Shown here: piece by piece, positions 1 through 9,154 of the stretch
How the letters are laid out: every line of letters begins with the position of its first letter
How positions within the stretch are numbered: the first letter of the stretch is position 1
Virus record (IMG/VR): IMGVR_UViG_3300041413_000047
Span: 1-64,000 of that record
DNA: 64,000 nt
From: a virus
Taxonomy: Duplodnaviria > Caudoviricetes
Strand: one strand, 5' to 3'
Position numbers and translations under genes: made by a program
The notes under the pieces: model-generated
The model's input: only the letters and a program-made list of their open reading frames with translations
What the model was told of the DNA's origin: nothing
Databases searched by the model: none

Positions 1-153
1 GGGGCGGGTGGCTTTGTCGCTCATGAGGCCGTCCATGACGACGTCTACGAAGGCTGATTCGTCGGTGTCGAAGGCGTTGTCGGCGGCGTCGAGGAGCTTG
101 CAGGTGCGGGCGTCGTCGTGGCCTGCGGTCTCGGCGCGGCGGAAGAGGCCCAT
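1..153 (-). CDS. Hypothetical protein, runs off the left edge (MGLFRRAETAGHDD...)
   Basis: ATG at 153 overlaps the upstream TGA; frame open to the window edge. Confidence 0.6.
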   Translation of the reverse strand, partial: MGLFRRAETAGHDDARTCKLLDAADNAFDTDESAFVDVVMDGLMSDKATRP

Positions 154-305
154 CAGCGGGTACCGCCGGGGAGGATGCCTTGCCGGATGCCGCCGTGTGC
201 TTGTGCGGCGGCGGCTTGTGCTGCGGCGCGTTCTTGGGCGGCGGCGGCTTGGAGCTCGGCGGCGGTCGCGTTCGCGTCGGCCGTGACCGGGGTGGAGGCG
301 CTCAT
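153..305 (-). CDS. Small Ala-rich hypothetical protein (MSASTPVTAD...)
   Basis: ATGA coupling with neighbouring ORF. Confidence 0.55.
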   Translation of the reverse strand: MSASTPVTADANATAAELQAAAAQERAAAQAAAAQAHGGIRQGILPGGTR

Positions 306-568
306 ACCGTCGCCCCGATCAGGTCGAGGCGTCCGGCGTCGGCGAGCGTGGTGCGTGCGTCGCGCATGACGGTGTGCAGGTAGTTGAAGTCTGCGGTTTC
401 GTCGGCGGTGAGGTCGCGCGGGCCTGCGGTTTGCGCGGCTCGGGTGATCGTCGTTGATGCGATCTTGTGGCGGGTGGCGGCGCGTTGCAGGGCGTCGAGT
501 CCGGCCAGAGGCAGCGGCTCGGTGCGGGGGGTGGGCTGAGCCTGAGGTTGATCGGTACGGTGGTCCAT
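302..568 (-). CDS. Hypothetical protein
   Basis: 88 aa ORF heading a coupled minus-strand cluster. Confidence 0.6.
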   Translation of the reverse strand: MDHRTDQPQAQPTPRTEPLPLAGLDALQRAATRHKIASTTITRAAQTAGPRDLTADETADFNYLHTVMRDARTTLADAGRLDLIGATV

Positions 569-606
569 TAAGGGCCTGCCTCTTCGTCACGGTTGAAGGT
601 GGGTCC

Positions 607-647
607 GCCCCCGGCCCATATGGCGTTCGCAGCGCCGGGCCGGGGGC
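607..647 (-). promoter_or_regulatory. Leader hairpin upstream of the 568 start
   Basis: GCCCCCGGCCC/GGGCCGGGGGC 11-bp stem with inner GGCG/CGCC stem. Confidence 0.5.
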
Positions 648-678
648 TTCTTACGTCAGCAGTGCGGACTGCTTGCTC

Positions 679-705
679 TGCACTGTAGGTGCCACCTACA
701 GTGCA
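679..705. promoter_or_regulatory. 27-bp palindromic operator between divergent genes
   Basis: TGCACTGTAGGTG-C-CACCTACAGTGCA, perfect 13-bp arms. Confidence 0.75.
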
Positions 706-737
706 TGGCAAGCGCCCCGCCGAATGAAGGGGCCGAA

Positions 738-1052
738 ATGAGCGATGAGGAGGTGCGCCGCGTGTCGGACGCCCTTAACGCGGTCGAGCAGATCGCCGAC
801 GAGGAGCAGCGCGTGAAGGCGCAGAGCCGGATCATGGCTGAGCAGTTGGCACGCAACAAGGCCTGGGCGCCGGAGCGGACACGGCTGATCAGGCGCCTAC
901 ACCGCGATGAAGGGCTGTCGTACCGGCAGATCGCGGCGCGCCTTGAAATCAAGCTGGGCGTGGTGCAGGACGCGTTCCGGAACTACACCGAGTCGGGCGA
1001 GTACGCGGGGCGCGGCGGCGGCAAGCAGACAGAGGATTCACAGGAGGAATGA
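738..1052 (+). CDS. HTH DNA-binding protein, probable local repressor
   Basis: GLSYRQIAARLEIKLGVVQ helix-turn-helix; divergent from minus cluster. Confidence 0.75.
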   Translation: MSDEEVRRVSDALNAVEQIADEEQRVKAQSRIMAEQLARNKAWAPERTRLIRRLHRDEGLSYRQIAARLEIKLGVVQDAFRNYTESGEYAGRGGGKQTEDSQEE

Positions 1053-1109
1053 CCCGGCTCATCCCGTGAACTAGCGTCCGTTTCCCACCAGTTCGGGCAC
1101 GCGTTCGCG

Positions 1110-1162
1110 TAGAATGATCTGTAAAACGGCGACGGCCGGACGGAGTTCAACCGTCCGGCCGT
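1110..1162 (+). promoter_or_regulatory. Candidate -10 (TAGAAT) and leader hairpin
   Basis: TAGAAT at 1110-1115; 12-bp stem ACGGCCGGACGG/CCGTCCGGCCGT at 1132-1162. Confidence 0.5.
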
Positions 1163-1273
1163 TTCGCTTAAGCGGGGTCATCACCCCCGCTGCATCAGTA
1201 CCCCATCACCAAGTTAGGCACTGCTTATGAACATAGCGTCCCGTGCCCTCTCCCGCCAGACGGAGAGTGGCCA

Positions 1274-1609
1274 GTGCTGATCGTCGAACGGTCGAAGCTG
1301 AAGAAGAACTTCTCGCAGATCCCCAACGAACTTGTGTACGACGAGAGCCTGACCGCGCTCGCCCGGCTGGTCCTGATCCAGATCCTCGCCCACCGGCCCG
1401 GCTGGCAGACCAACGCGGCCAAGATGTGGGAGACGGCAGACAGGCACCGTGGCCCGCTGGCGGAGAGTAAGCGCGCGTACCGTCGGGCCTTCCAGGAGTT
1501 GGAGACGGCTGGCTACATGACACGGACGAAGACTCGGGTGCCGAAGGGGCAGCCGAACGGCGGGGACTTTGTGACGGTACTGACGGTGTACGACGTACCG
1601 CAGAGATGA
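1274..1609 (+). CDS. Winged-helix protein resembling a replication-initiator N-terminus (short or truncated)
   Basis: NFSQIPNELVYDESLTALARLVLIQIL...AFQELETAGYMTR pattern. Confidence 0.6.
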   Translation: MLIVERSKLKKNFSQIPNELVYDESLTALARLVLIQILAHRPGWQTNAAKMWETADRHRGPLAESKRAYRRAFQELETAGYMTRTKTRVPKGQPNGGDFVTVLTVYDVPQR

Positions 1610-2196
1610 TCTCCATGGAGGTGGCAGTGGTGAAGCCTTCATGTATGAACACCTCATGCGTGAACAGTTCACCAGTCGGGCCCTAAAAGACCTACACGGG
1701 TTACCTAATACTGCGGGCTCAACACTTCGGCTCCCGCCTCCGTCCTCAATATTCCGGGGCGCAGCCCGGCCTTAGCGCGTACGCGCGCGCGAGGTGATCA
1801 GCAGCAACCGCGCCCCCGTCAGACTGGCGGGGCGCCGACAGCAAGGAGATCCCGCAACGCAGCGGCGCCCCCGTCGATGGATGACGGGGGCGTCGTGTTG
1901 TAGCAGCGCGTCCCGGAGGCCAGCCAGACGAACCGGGGACGCGATCCGATCGTACGTGCTGGGGCTGACAGTGGTGGTGGGCGCCGGCTCGGGGAGGGCC
2001 GGCGCCCTGTCTCCGGGGGCCACTGCCCCGCTGCGGCGTTGGTCCCGACGGGCGCGGCGTGGGTGCGGGGTGGATCCGGTTGCCCGGTTCCGGCCTGGTC
2101 CGGCAGACGTGCGGCGGGTTACTCCGGTGGGCGCTGGACGCCACGGAGGCGAGCCCTCGCCGCGTAGGCCCGCACGCTCAGGATGGCAGACATGCG

Positions 2197-2228
2197 TCCG
2201 CCCCCGCAGGGAGTACTGCGGGGGCGGA
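2197..2228. terminator. Intrinsic terminator-like hairpin
   Basis: 13-bp perfect stem TCCGCCCCCGCAG/CTGCGGGGGCGGA right after antirepressor stop. Confidence 0.7.
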
Positions 2229-2238
2229 TGGCCGGCGG

Positions 2239-3045
2239 TCAGGCGGCGGCGTGCCCCTGCTGCCAGCGGTCGAATACGAAGTCCGCTCCGAGGACGGTCG
2301 CATAGGCCACCTCGTAGGACACCTTGCCGTTCGTCTCCAGCTTGATCGTGAAGTGGCCAGAGGTCTGGTACATGCGGCGCGGCATGTTCTTGTTCGCGCC
2401 GAACCGGGAGGGCTGCTTACGGAAGATGCCCTCGTCGACGAGCCAGTTCGTCATGTCGACCACCGGGGTGTCCAGCATGTCGGCGATCGCGGTCATGCCG
2501 ATGAGGCCCTCGCAGTTCATGAACTGGTCCCACTTGCCCGCCTTCGGGGCGAGGACCTTGTTCTCCACCTCCAGCGCCTCCTTGGCCTCCAACACGGCGA
2601 CCAGGTCCCGGGCGAGTTCCAGTCTCGACGGCTCCCGGCGTCGGCTGGTCACGTAGTCGTGCAGGGCGTCGGCGAGTTCGACTTGGGCTTGTTCGACTTC
2701 GGCACGAATCGACGGGTCCTCGATGCGGCTGGTGGTGATGTTCGCGAGCCACATCGGCACGATCCGCTCATGGATCAGGAACTGTGGGTAAGGCCGGTTC
2801 TGGCCCGGGAGCATGACGTGCGTGACGCCCGTCTTGCCCTCTGACCAGGCTTTTCGTTCGACTGCTTGGCGCTGGCCGCCGGGGTCGAGGGAGAGGTTCT
2901 GGCTCAGCTGGCTGAGGATGGCCCAGCTTCCGGTCTCGTTCGTCAGGACGACGACGGGCTTGCCGTGGAAGTCGAACGATCCGATCTCGAAGCCGCCCTG
3001 GGTGTTGCCTGAGGGCTCGAGGGCGCTATGTTGGAACTGAGTCAA
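2239..3045 (-). CDS. Phage antirepressor (P22AR N-terminal plus KilAC/ANT-like C-terminal)
   Basis: FDFHGKPVVV...LSQNLSLDPGGQRQ...WLANI; LAPKAGKWDQFMN...IGMTAIADML. Confidence 0.8.
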   Translation of the reverse strand: MTQFQHSALEPSGNTQGGFEIGSFDFHGKPVVVLTNETGSWAILSQLSQNLSLDPGGQRQAVERKAWSEGKTGVTHVMLPGQNRPYPQFLIHERIVPMWLANITTSRIEDPSIRAEVEQAQVELADALHDYVTSRRREPSRLELARDLVAVLEAKEALEVENKVLAPKAGKWDQFMNCEGLIGMTAIADMLDTPVVDMTNWLVDEGIFRKQPSRFGANKNMPRRMYQTSGHFTIKLETNGKVSYEVAYATVLGADFVFDRWQQGHAAA

Positions 3046-3209
3046 GGCTTACTCCTTGGGTCCACGCCCCCTGCGGCTCCTACCGTGTGGGGGCATACTC
3101 ATGTTCGCGTTCGGGCGGTCGTCACCCGAACGCCATAACACTACTCCCTGTGAGTGACGGCCCTGGAGTGCTGCAGTAAGTCATCCGGCATGACAAATCG
3201 GCTTGTTCT

Positions 3210-4562
3210 CTATGGGCTCTGACGGGCCGTTTGGCCGAGGGCTTCGAGTGCGCCGCGGGTGGCGAGTCGTGCGATCTCTTCGGTGACGCCGCCGGTCTCC
3301 GGCCACCACATGGCGCGTTCCCGGTACTCGTAGACCTCGGACTCGATGTTGGCCCGGATGCGGTCGGCGAGTTCGCTGGTCGGCGGGTTGTTCCCGGTTG
3401 TTCGCGCGGATTGTTCGGCGGCGTGCTGTCGTGCGCAGCGTGCCCCTTTCAGCCACTGCCGCACCTCGGTTGTGGTCGGCTGGTGGCCCTTCTGGTCGGC
3501 GAGGTCGCAGCGTTCGGCAACCAGGTCGAGGGCGTCTTGGGCGTAGTACAGGCTGAGGGCGAGGTCTTGGGTGCGGGCCTTCTCGGCGGCCAGCTCGGCC
3601 TGGTCCGTGTTGCCCTGCTCGGCGGCGGGCTCGGCTTCGCAGGCGAGGCAGGGGGACCGGGTCACGTTGCAGCCGTGCGGGCAGATCGCCGTCTCGGTCG
3701 CTTCAGTCGCTACCGGTGCGGGCGCCGTGTGCTGGCAGTGGACGCCCGTGTACTTGTTGTTGATCCTGCAACGTTGCCGCTGCCGTGACTCCCACTGCCG
3801 GAGTTCGTCGGCATGCTCGGGGTGGCGGGCGATGGCGGCGGCGAGGAGCCCGGCGGTTTCGCAGGCGGTCGACGTGTAGGGCGGGATGTCGAGCAGTGCG
3901 AGCAGGTGGTCGGGGAGTTGTTCGCGGGTGCTGCCGGGCGGGGGTGGTGTCCAGGTGTCTTCGGCTTCGGCCCGGAGCCACGGCCACTCCCGGTACAGGA
4001 CGGGCAGGACCGCTGCAGCGCGCGCCACGTAGACGGGCTCCATGTCCGCCTCGTGGAGCGGGATGCGCCAGCCGGGATGGTCGTGGGCGTACAGAGCTTC
4101 GGCCAGCTGGTCGCGAAGGTCGGTCCGGCGGGAGGGCCAGTCGTCGACGTAGGGCCCGGCCGTCAGGTTGAGGCATCCGACGGGCGGATCAGGCTCGAGG
4201 TACCCGGTGAGGTCGCCGGGGCGGGCGGCGGGTGCGCCGTGCAGCAGTTCGTCTGCGGCCTCGGGCTTCGGGCAGTCGATGAGCGAGCAGACGAGGTGTC
4301 CGCCGTCGCTGACGTACAGGGTGGGGCGGGTGCAGGCGGGGCAGAAGCCTGCGATGTCGTTCGCGTGGATCGACGGGAGCGGCGCGGCAGGGCTGTTGTG
4401 TGCTGTGGCGATGTAGTCGAGTACGCGGTTGATCGCGGATCGGGTCGAGGCGTCCACGATGGTCCCAATCTGCACGCGTCCTTCGGTGGCGTCGAGGTGG
4501 CGGGCGGCGTGAATGGTTGATCCGTCGGGCGCGTTGATGGTGATTCGGGTCTGCTCGGTCAC
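3210..4562 (-). CDS. Mosaic hypothetical protein with Cys-rich segments
   Basis: 450 aa, several CxxC motifs, coupled GTGA start. Confidence 0.65.
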   Translation of the reverse strand: MTEQTRITINAPDGSTIHAARHLDATEGRVQIGTIVDASTRSAINRVLDYIATAHNSPAAPLPSIHANDIAGFCPACTRPTLYVSDGGHLVCSLIDCPKPEAADELLHGAPAARPGDLTGYLEPDPPVGCLNLTAGPYVDDWPSRRTDLRDQLAEALYAHDHPGWRIPLHEADMEPVYVARAAAVLPVLYREWPWLRAEAEDTWTPPPPGSTREQLPDHLLALLDIPPYTSTACETAGLLAAAIARHPEHADELRQWESRQRQRCRINNKYTGVHCQHTAPAPVATEATETAICPHGCNVTRSPCLACEAEPAAEQGNTDQAELAAEKARTQDLALSLYYAQDALDLVAERCDLADQKGHQPTTTEVRQWLKGARCARQHAAEQSARTTGNNPPTSELADRIRANIESEVYEYRERAMWWPETGGVTEEIARLATRGALEALGQTARQSP

Positions 4563-4726
4563 GGCTGCTCCTCAGGTTCGACGGGCGGAACGTAGGGCGA
4601 GTCGTCGTAGAAGGCGATCCCGGCGCGGGGGTGGGCGAGTTGGATTGCGAGGTCGGCGAGCACAGGGTGCGCGGTCGCGGTAAGAGCCTCGAGGTCGGGG
4701 AGCGGCGGGAGCGGGACGGCGGTCAC
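4559..4726 (-). CDS. Small hypothetical protein (MTAVPLPPLPDL...), not in ORF track
   Basis: GTGA overlaps at both ends. Confidence 0.55.
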   Translation of the reverse strand: MTAVPLPPLPDLEALTATAHPVLADLAIQLAHPRAGIAFYDDSPYVPPVEPEEQP

Positions 4727-5259
4727 GGGCGGTCCTTCGCGGCGTCGGTGAGGCGCTGCTGTTCGCAGGCGTCTTCCTCGTCGATCGTCTGGTGCGGGAG
4801 CTCACAGATGGGCGGGGCGGTCGGCCCCTCGAGGGCGGCGCGCAGCGCTCGGGCGTAGGCACGGTCCGGGGCGAGCGCGTTCTCCCACCGGTCGGCCAGG
4901 TCCCGGACGTGGGTGAGCGGGTCGGGCGCGGGCGCCCACTTCTCCCGGTCGAGCGCCTCGGCGATCTCGGCTGCCGCGCTCGGCATGGAGATGTGGCCGG
5001 GCAGTTGCCAGCGTTCGGCGAGGGCGGCGATGCGCTGACGGAGGCGGTCGCGTTGGCCGTAGGCGTCTGCGGCGCGCTGACGGGCATCGTTCCGTTCCTG
5101 CTCGGCGCGTTCGGCCCTGAGTGCGTAGGAGCCGGCGGCTGCGTCGGCGCTGTCGGCTTCGGCCCACTGGTGGGCTTCGGTTTCGGCGCGGTCGAGGTCG
5201 GCGTACAGCTGGTCGAGGTCGTCGCTGGTCATGTCGTCGAGGCTTTTGCGGCTGGTCAC
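4723..5259 (-). CDS. Coiled-coil hypothetical protein
   Basis: LDDMTSDDLDQLYADL N-terminus; GTGA coupling. Confidence 0.65.
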   Translation of the reverse strand: MTSRKSLDDMTSDDLDQLYADLDRAETEAHQWAEADSADAAAGSYALRAERAEQERNDARQRAADAYGQRDRLRQRIAALAERWQLPGHISMPSAAAEIAEALDREKWAPAPDPLTHVRDLADRWENALAPDRAYARALRAALEGPTAPPICELPHQTIDEEDACEQQRLTDAAKDRP

Positions 5260-5438
5260 AGGTACTCCTGCGCGTTGATGGTGGTGGCGGTCCACAGGGC
5301 GACGGGTCCGGGGCCTTGGCCTCGAAGGTCTGCCATCTCGGTTTGGCGGAGGCCGAACGGGGTGGGCGCCTGGTCGCTGGGCTCACGGTCGGGCCAGTCG
5401 GGGGTGCAGTCGTCGAAGGCGAGCTGGCGTCCGGTCAT
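5256..5438 (-). CDS. Hypothetical protein
   Basis: GAAGGAG RBS before ATG 5438. Confidence 0.55.
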   Translation of the reverse strand: MTGRQLAFDDCTPDWPDREPSDQAPTPFGLRQTEMADLRGQGPGPVALWTATTINAQEYL

Positions 5439-5496
5439 CGCGTGCTCCTTCGGCACCAGGGGCCGTTGTCGTCGTCGTCGGGTTCGGGGTCGTAGC

Positions 5497-5859
5497 TCAC
5501 GTCTGGCTCCGTCCGTTGATCTGGCGGGCGATGGCGAGGGCGGCGTCGAGCGTGCAGGTTTTGGGGTCGCAGCGGTGGTGGACTTCGTCGCCTGCCCATG
5601 TCGCGGCCTCGGTCTCCAGCCAGTTGGCGAGGGCGTGGCCTACGTCGGGGTGCATGACGGCGATGTAGTCGGCGTTGGCGCCGTTGCTCATCGGTTCGTC
5701 GACGACGTACACGGGTGGCTGGTCTTCGGCGCCTTCGCCGTCCCAGAGGAGGCGGTCGCCTCGGTCCATGGACAGCCAGGGCCCGGGGGTGAGTTGGCGG
5801 TCGGCGAGGAGCGCGCGGAGGGTGCGGGCTGCTGCGCGTAGTTCGGCGGCGGGGTTCAC
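5497..5859 (-). CDS. Hypothetical protein, paralogue of 8720-9064
   Basis: ELRAAARTLR...MHPDVGHALANWL...AALAIARQI. Confidence 0.65.
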   Translation of the reverse strand: MNPAAELRAAARTLRALLADRQLTPGPWLSMDRGDRLLWDGEGAEDQPPVYVVDEPMSNGANADYIAVMHPDVGHALANWLETEAATWAGDEVHHRCDPKTCTLDAALAIARQINGRSQT

Positions 5860-5927
5860 GGCTGCTCCGGGGGTCGGGGTGTGGGCGGGGTGGGCGCCGG
5901 GCCGGTGAAGGCCCGGCGCGGGGGAGG

Positions 5928-6308
5928 TCAGGCGGGCGTCTCTGGGAGTTCGACCCGGGCGGTCACGATCAGCCGTGCGCCGGGCGGGAAGTTCTTCGCG
6001 TCCACCCAGAAGCCCGGTCCGGACTCGATGCCGTGGTGCGCGCGGTCGGGATCTCCCTCAGGGCCCCAGTAGTTGCCGAGGAGCACCTGCTCACCGTGGA
6101 GGTTGGTGCGGTACTTCGGGTGCAGCTCCAGCACGACGGCGCTCTCCGCGTTGTCACGGGTCAGGTACTCGTCGGGCTTGCTGTGCTTGATGCATTTCCA
6201 GGTGGGCTTGACGGTGTCGAGTTCGCGGCGGGCGGTGTACTCGATGTCGCGGTAGGCGCGGCATCCGGTGTGGGTGCAGGTCTGTCGGTGGGTGCGGCGG
6301 CGGCTCAT
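5928..6308 (-). CDS. Cys/His-containing hypothetical protein
   Basis: ATGA coupling; CTHTGC...CIKH. Confidence 0.6.
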   Translation of the reverse strand: MSRRRTHRQTCTHTGCRAYRDIEYTARRELDTVKPTWKCIKHSKPDEYLTRDNAESAVVLELHPKYRTNLHGEQVLLGNYWGPEGDPDRAHHGIESGPGFWVDAKNFPPGARLIVTARVELPETPA

Positions 6309-6580
6309 GCGGCGTCCTTGCCGGGTTGGGCCCACGCGGGGCGGGAACGGGCTGTGCGGGCACTGGAGACGTCGTGAGCGCCGTGGGGCTCCCGGCCTGC
6401 CCGCAGATGCTGTAGAGCCGCCAGTGACGCCCTGACGCCCCGCGAGACGGCCATGCAGGCGACCGCGACCATCACGAGCAGCGTCCACACGGCGGCCGTG
6501 GCCACGGCGGCGAGAAGCAGCACCCACACGGCGAGCGCCCAGCCGAGCGTGAACGCGGTGTCGACCGCCTCCGCGATCAC
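6305..6580 (-). CDS. Membrane protein
   Basis: Long hydrophobic stretch; GTGA coupling. Confidence 0.55.
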   Translation of the reverse strand: MIAEAVDTAFTLGWALAVWVLLLAAVATAAVWTLLVMVAVACMAVSRGVRASLAALQHLRAGREPHGAHDVSSARTARSRPAWAQPGKDAA

Positions 6581-6768
6581 GCGGGCTCCTCGGCGGCGGG
6601 CGCCTGCTCCGGTCCCGCTGCCTCGGCCCGCAGCCCTGAGAGGAGCTGCGTGACCGTCCGATTGGACCCCGGGCACTCAAAGCCCCTGCGGCCATGCACG
6701 CGAAAGCACCCGTCCTTCCGGACACCGATCATGCGACCACAGCAGGGGCATGTCGTCCACGAGCTCAC
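6577..6768 (-). CDS. Small zinc-ribbon protein
   Basis: CPCCG...HG...CPGS. Confidence 0.6.
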   Translation of the reverse strand: MSSWTTCPCCGRMIGVRKDGCFRVHGRRGFECPGSNRTVTQLLSGLRAEAAGPEQAPAAEEPA

Positions 6769-7628
6769 GGCCGGGCCTCCTTCGGCTGCGGCGCCCCGCC
6801 AGCGGTGCCGGTACAGGTGACGGCGTCCGGGCTGGTCGACATGCGGTCGGTACGCGGGAGTTCAAACGGGGTCCGGCCGCAGCACGGGGTGAGACCGGAA
6901 CCGTCCGGCGGGCAGCCGTGAACGACCTCGGGCGCGGGTGTCCGGTCCGGGTTGGTCAGGCAGGTGTCGGGGTCGATGCCCTCGCAGTTGCCGCACGAGT
7001 GCGTCCCGCCAGCGGACTGCCCGGCGGCGGGCTCGTCCGGCAGGTCGGTCCACGGCCCGTAGAACTCCGACCCGTCCGGCCAGTCGCGGACGATCCGCTG
7101 CTGCGCATGAGCCCCGCACTTCGGGTACGCCCGCAGCCACTTGGCGACCGCCGCCCGCGCGCCCGCTGCGCTGTCGGCGCTGTCGACGCCCCAGTCCCCG
7201 ACGACTTCGTAGATGACGCTCTCGGTGGGGTCGTCGCCGCCCGTCTCGCCGCTGGTGTGCCCAGCGACGGCAGACCCGGCAGGAACGGCGGCCATACGGC
7301 GGAGCTCGGCGGTGGCGTCCTTCCAGCCGTTCACCCATGGCGAGTTCTGGCGCTCCTCCGGGTACTCGCGAAAGAAGCCCTCCAGGTGAGCGTCCAGGGA
7401 CGCCCCGGCCTCCTCGAGCACGGCGGCCCGGTCTGCCTGCCCGGCGGACACGGGCAGCACAGCGGGCGTGTCCGCTTCGATCACCGCGTACAACTCGCTG
7501 CTGCTGATCAGCTGCTGCCGGTGGAGACGGGCCGCATCACGGATCAGGCCGAGGCGGTGGCTGACGATGCCGAGGTTCCCCAGCGTGGTGAGGAACTGGC
7601 GGTTCAGGTCGGCGGTCGGTTCGGTCAT
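6765..7628 (-). CDS. Mosaic hypothetical protein
   Basis: 287 aa with Cys-rich C-terminus; GGAG RBS. Confidence 0.65.
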   Translation of the reverse strand: MTEPTADLNRQFLTTLGNLGIVSHRLGLIRDAARLHRQQLISSSELYAVIEADTPAVLPVSAGQADRAAVLEEAGASLDAHLEGFFREYPEERQNSPWVNGWKDATAELRRMAAVPAGSAVAGHTSGETGGDDPTESVIYEVVGDWGVDSADSAAGARAAVAKWLRAYPKCGAHAQQRIVRDWPDGSEFYGPWTDLPDEPAAGQSAGGTHSCGNCEGIDPDTCLTNPDRTPAPEVVHGCPPDGSGLTPCCGRTPFELPRTDRMSTSPDAVTCTGTAGGAPQPKEARP

Positions 7629-7739
7629 CTGGTTCTCCGGTGGTTGGGGTGTGCCCCGGCGGGGCGGGGGCCGATACGGTCGGGGTGCCGGCCCCGGGCG
7701 GGTTGCTGCCGCCCGGAGCCGGACTTCGGGGTCACGGGG

Positions 7740-8681
7740 TCAGTCACCGTCCCGGGCGGGCGCGCTGGTCTTGAAGCCGCCCCGTGCAACAGCCCGTCGG
7801 ACGGCGGCGGCCTGGTGCTCCCAGTAGGCGCGGTCCCCGTCGTCCAGCCACTCCCATGCGGGCACGCCCCCGGTGAACCGGCGGTGGAGCCAGGCGGGCA
7901 GCGTGTCCGGGCCGGACTGCCCGTCGGGGCCGGCGAGGTTCGCCCGCAGTACGTTCGCGCGCTCCTGGTCGAGCTCCAGCCAGTACGGATTCCTGGCCAG
8001 GTCGGACAGCATCACGATCACGCTGTCGTCGTCGCACCATTGGACGTCGTCCAGGCCCCAACGCAGCTGGACGGGCTCGGGTGCTTCGCCGTCGGTGACG
8101 CCCGGGCCGAGCATGTCGGCGATCTCGTCGTCGCCGAACCCGTCGCGCCTCAGGCTCGCGGCCATCTCGTCGCCGTCGGCGGGCACATGGTCGTTGATCG
8201 ACGCGGCCAGCGTGTCCAGCACCTCCTCGGCGAGGAGTCCGGTCTGGCCCGACTCGGCGACGTCCCGCAGGTAGTTGAGGCGTTCGGAGCGGTTGTTGCG
8301 CTGGCGGAGCGTGAACGCGTGCTGCGCCTGCTCGGCGGCGAGGGCGGCCTGGAGGCGACCGATCTCGTCCAGCAGCCCGCCCAGCGCGGCCCGCGCGTCG
8401 ACGAGGTCGCCGATGTCCTGGCGTCGCTGGTCGTCGACCGCGTCCTCGCCGGGGTCCCACGAGTCGAGGTCGAGTTCGATGACCTGGTCGGTGGGCCGGT
8501 ATGACGACGGGAACGAGTACATGTCGATCACGCCCGCCTCGTCGCGGGTGACGTGGACGAGGGCTTTCTCGCGCCACACCTGCAAGGAGCCCTCGCAGTC
8601 GGACACGAAGAACGGGTCGGCGGTGTGCCGGTCGGCGATGGCCTGGAGTTCGGCGAGCTGCTGGTCGGTGGGCGGTGTCAT
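7740..8681 (-). CDS. Mosaic hypothetical protein (Ead/Ea22-like organisation)
   Basis: ATG 8681 after GAGG RBS; acidic/coiled-coil modules. Confidence 0.6.
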   Translation of the reverse strand: MTPPTDQQLAELQAIADRHTADPFFVSDCEGSLQVWREKALVHVTRDEAGVIDMYSFPSSYRPTDQVIELDLDSWDPGEDAVDDQRRQDIGDLVDARAALGGLLDEIGRLQAALAAEQAQHAFTLRQRNNRSERLNYLRDVAESGQTGLLAEEVLDTLAASINDHVPADGDEMAASLRRDGFGDDEIADMLGPGVTDGEAPEPVQLRWGLDDVQWCDDDSVIVMLSDLARNPYWLELDQERANVLRANLAGPDGQSGPDTLPAWLHRRFTGGVPAWEWLDDGDRAYWEHQAAAVRRAVARGGFKTSAPARDGD

Positions 8682-8719
8682 GGCGGTTCCTCTCGGGAGG
8701 TTGATCGGAGGGGCGGGCA

Positions 8720-9064
8720 CTACACGGCGGGCAGGGCGGCGGATGCGGCCGGGGCGGCGTTGAGAGCGCGGGCGATCGTCAGTGCGTGGTCGATGCCGCA
8801 CCAGCCGCACGTGTCGCCGCCACGCTCGGACGGGTCGAGGGCGGCGAGGCAGCCCAGCCAGTCCGCGACCGCAGCCCCGACCGTCGGGCCCATGGCGGCG
8901 GCGTACTGCGACCAGACCATCGGGCGGGCTTTGGCCTGTGCTGCTGTGTCGCTGACGGTGAGGTCGGTCCACTGGACTTCGTGGCGGGTGAGCGTGGTGG
9001 TGGTGCGGGTGGCGAGGCTGCGTAGCTTCTCGGCTGCGGTGGCGAGTTCTCCGGGTGTGGTCAC
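8720..9064 (-). CDS. Hypothetical protein, paralogue of 5497-5859
   Basis: ELATAAEKLR...MGPTVGAAVADWL...HALTIARAL. Confidence 0.65.
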   Translation of the reverse strand: MTTPGELATAAEKLRSLATRTTTTLTRHEVQWTDLTVSDTAAQAKARPMVWSQYAAAMGPTVGAAVADWLGCLAALDPSERGGDTCGWCGIDHALTIARALNAAPAASAALPAV

Positions 9065-9154
9065 GGTCGGTCTCCTGTCGTGTGCGGGTGGGTCGTTTCG
9101 TGCTCTCAGCGCCCGTGTGCGGCGTCGTGAGCGGTGGCGTTGGGCACGGGGTGG

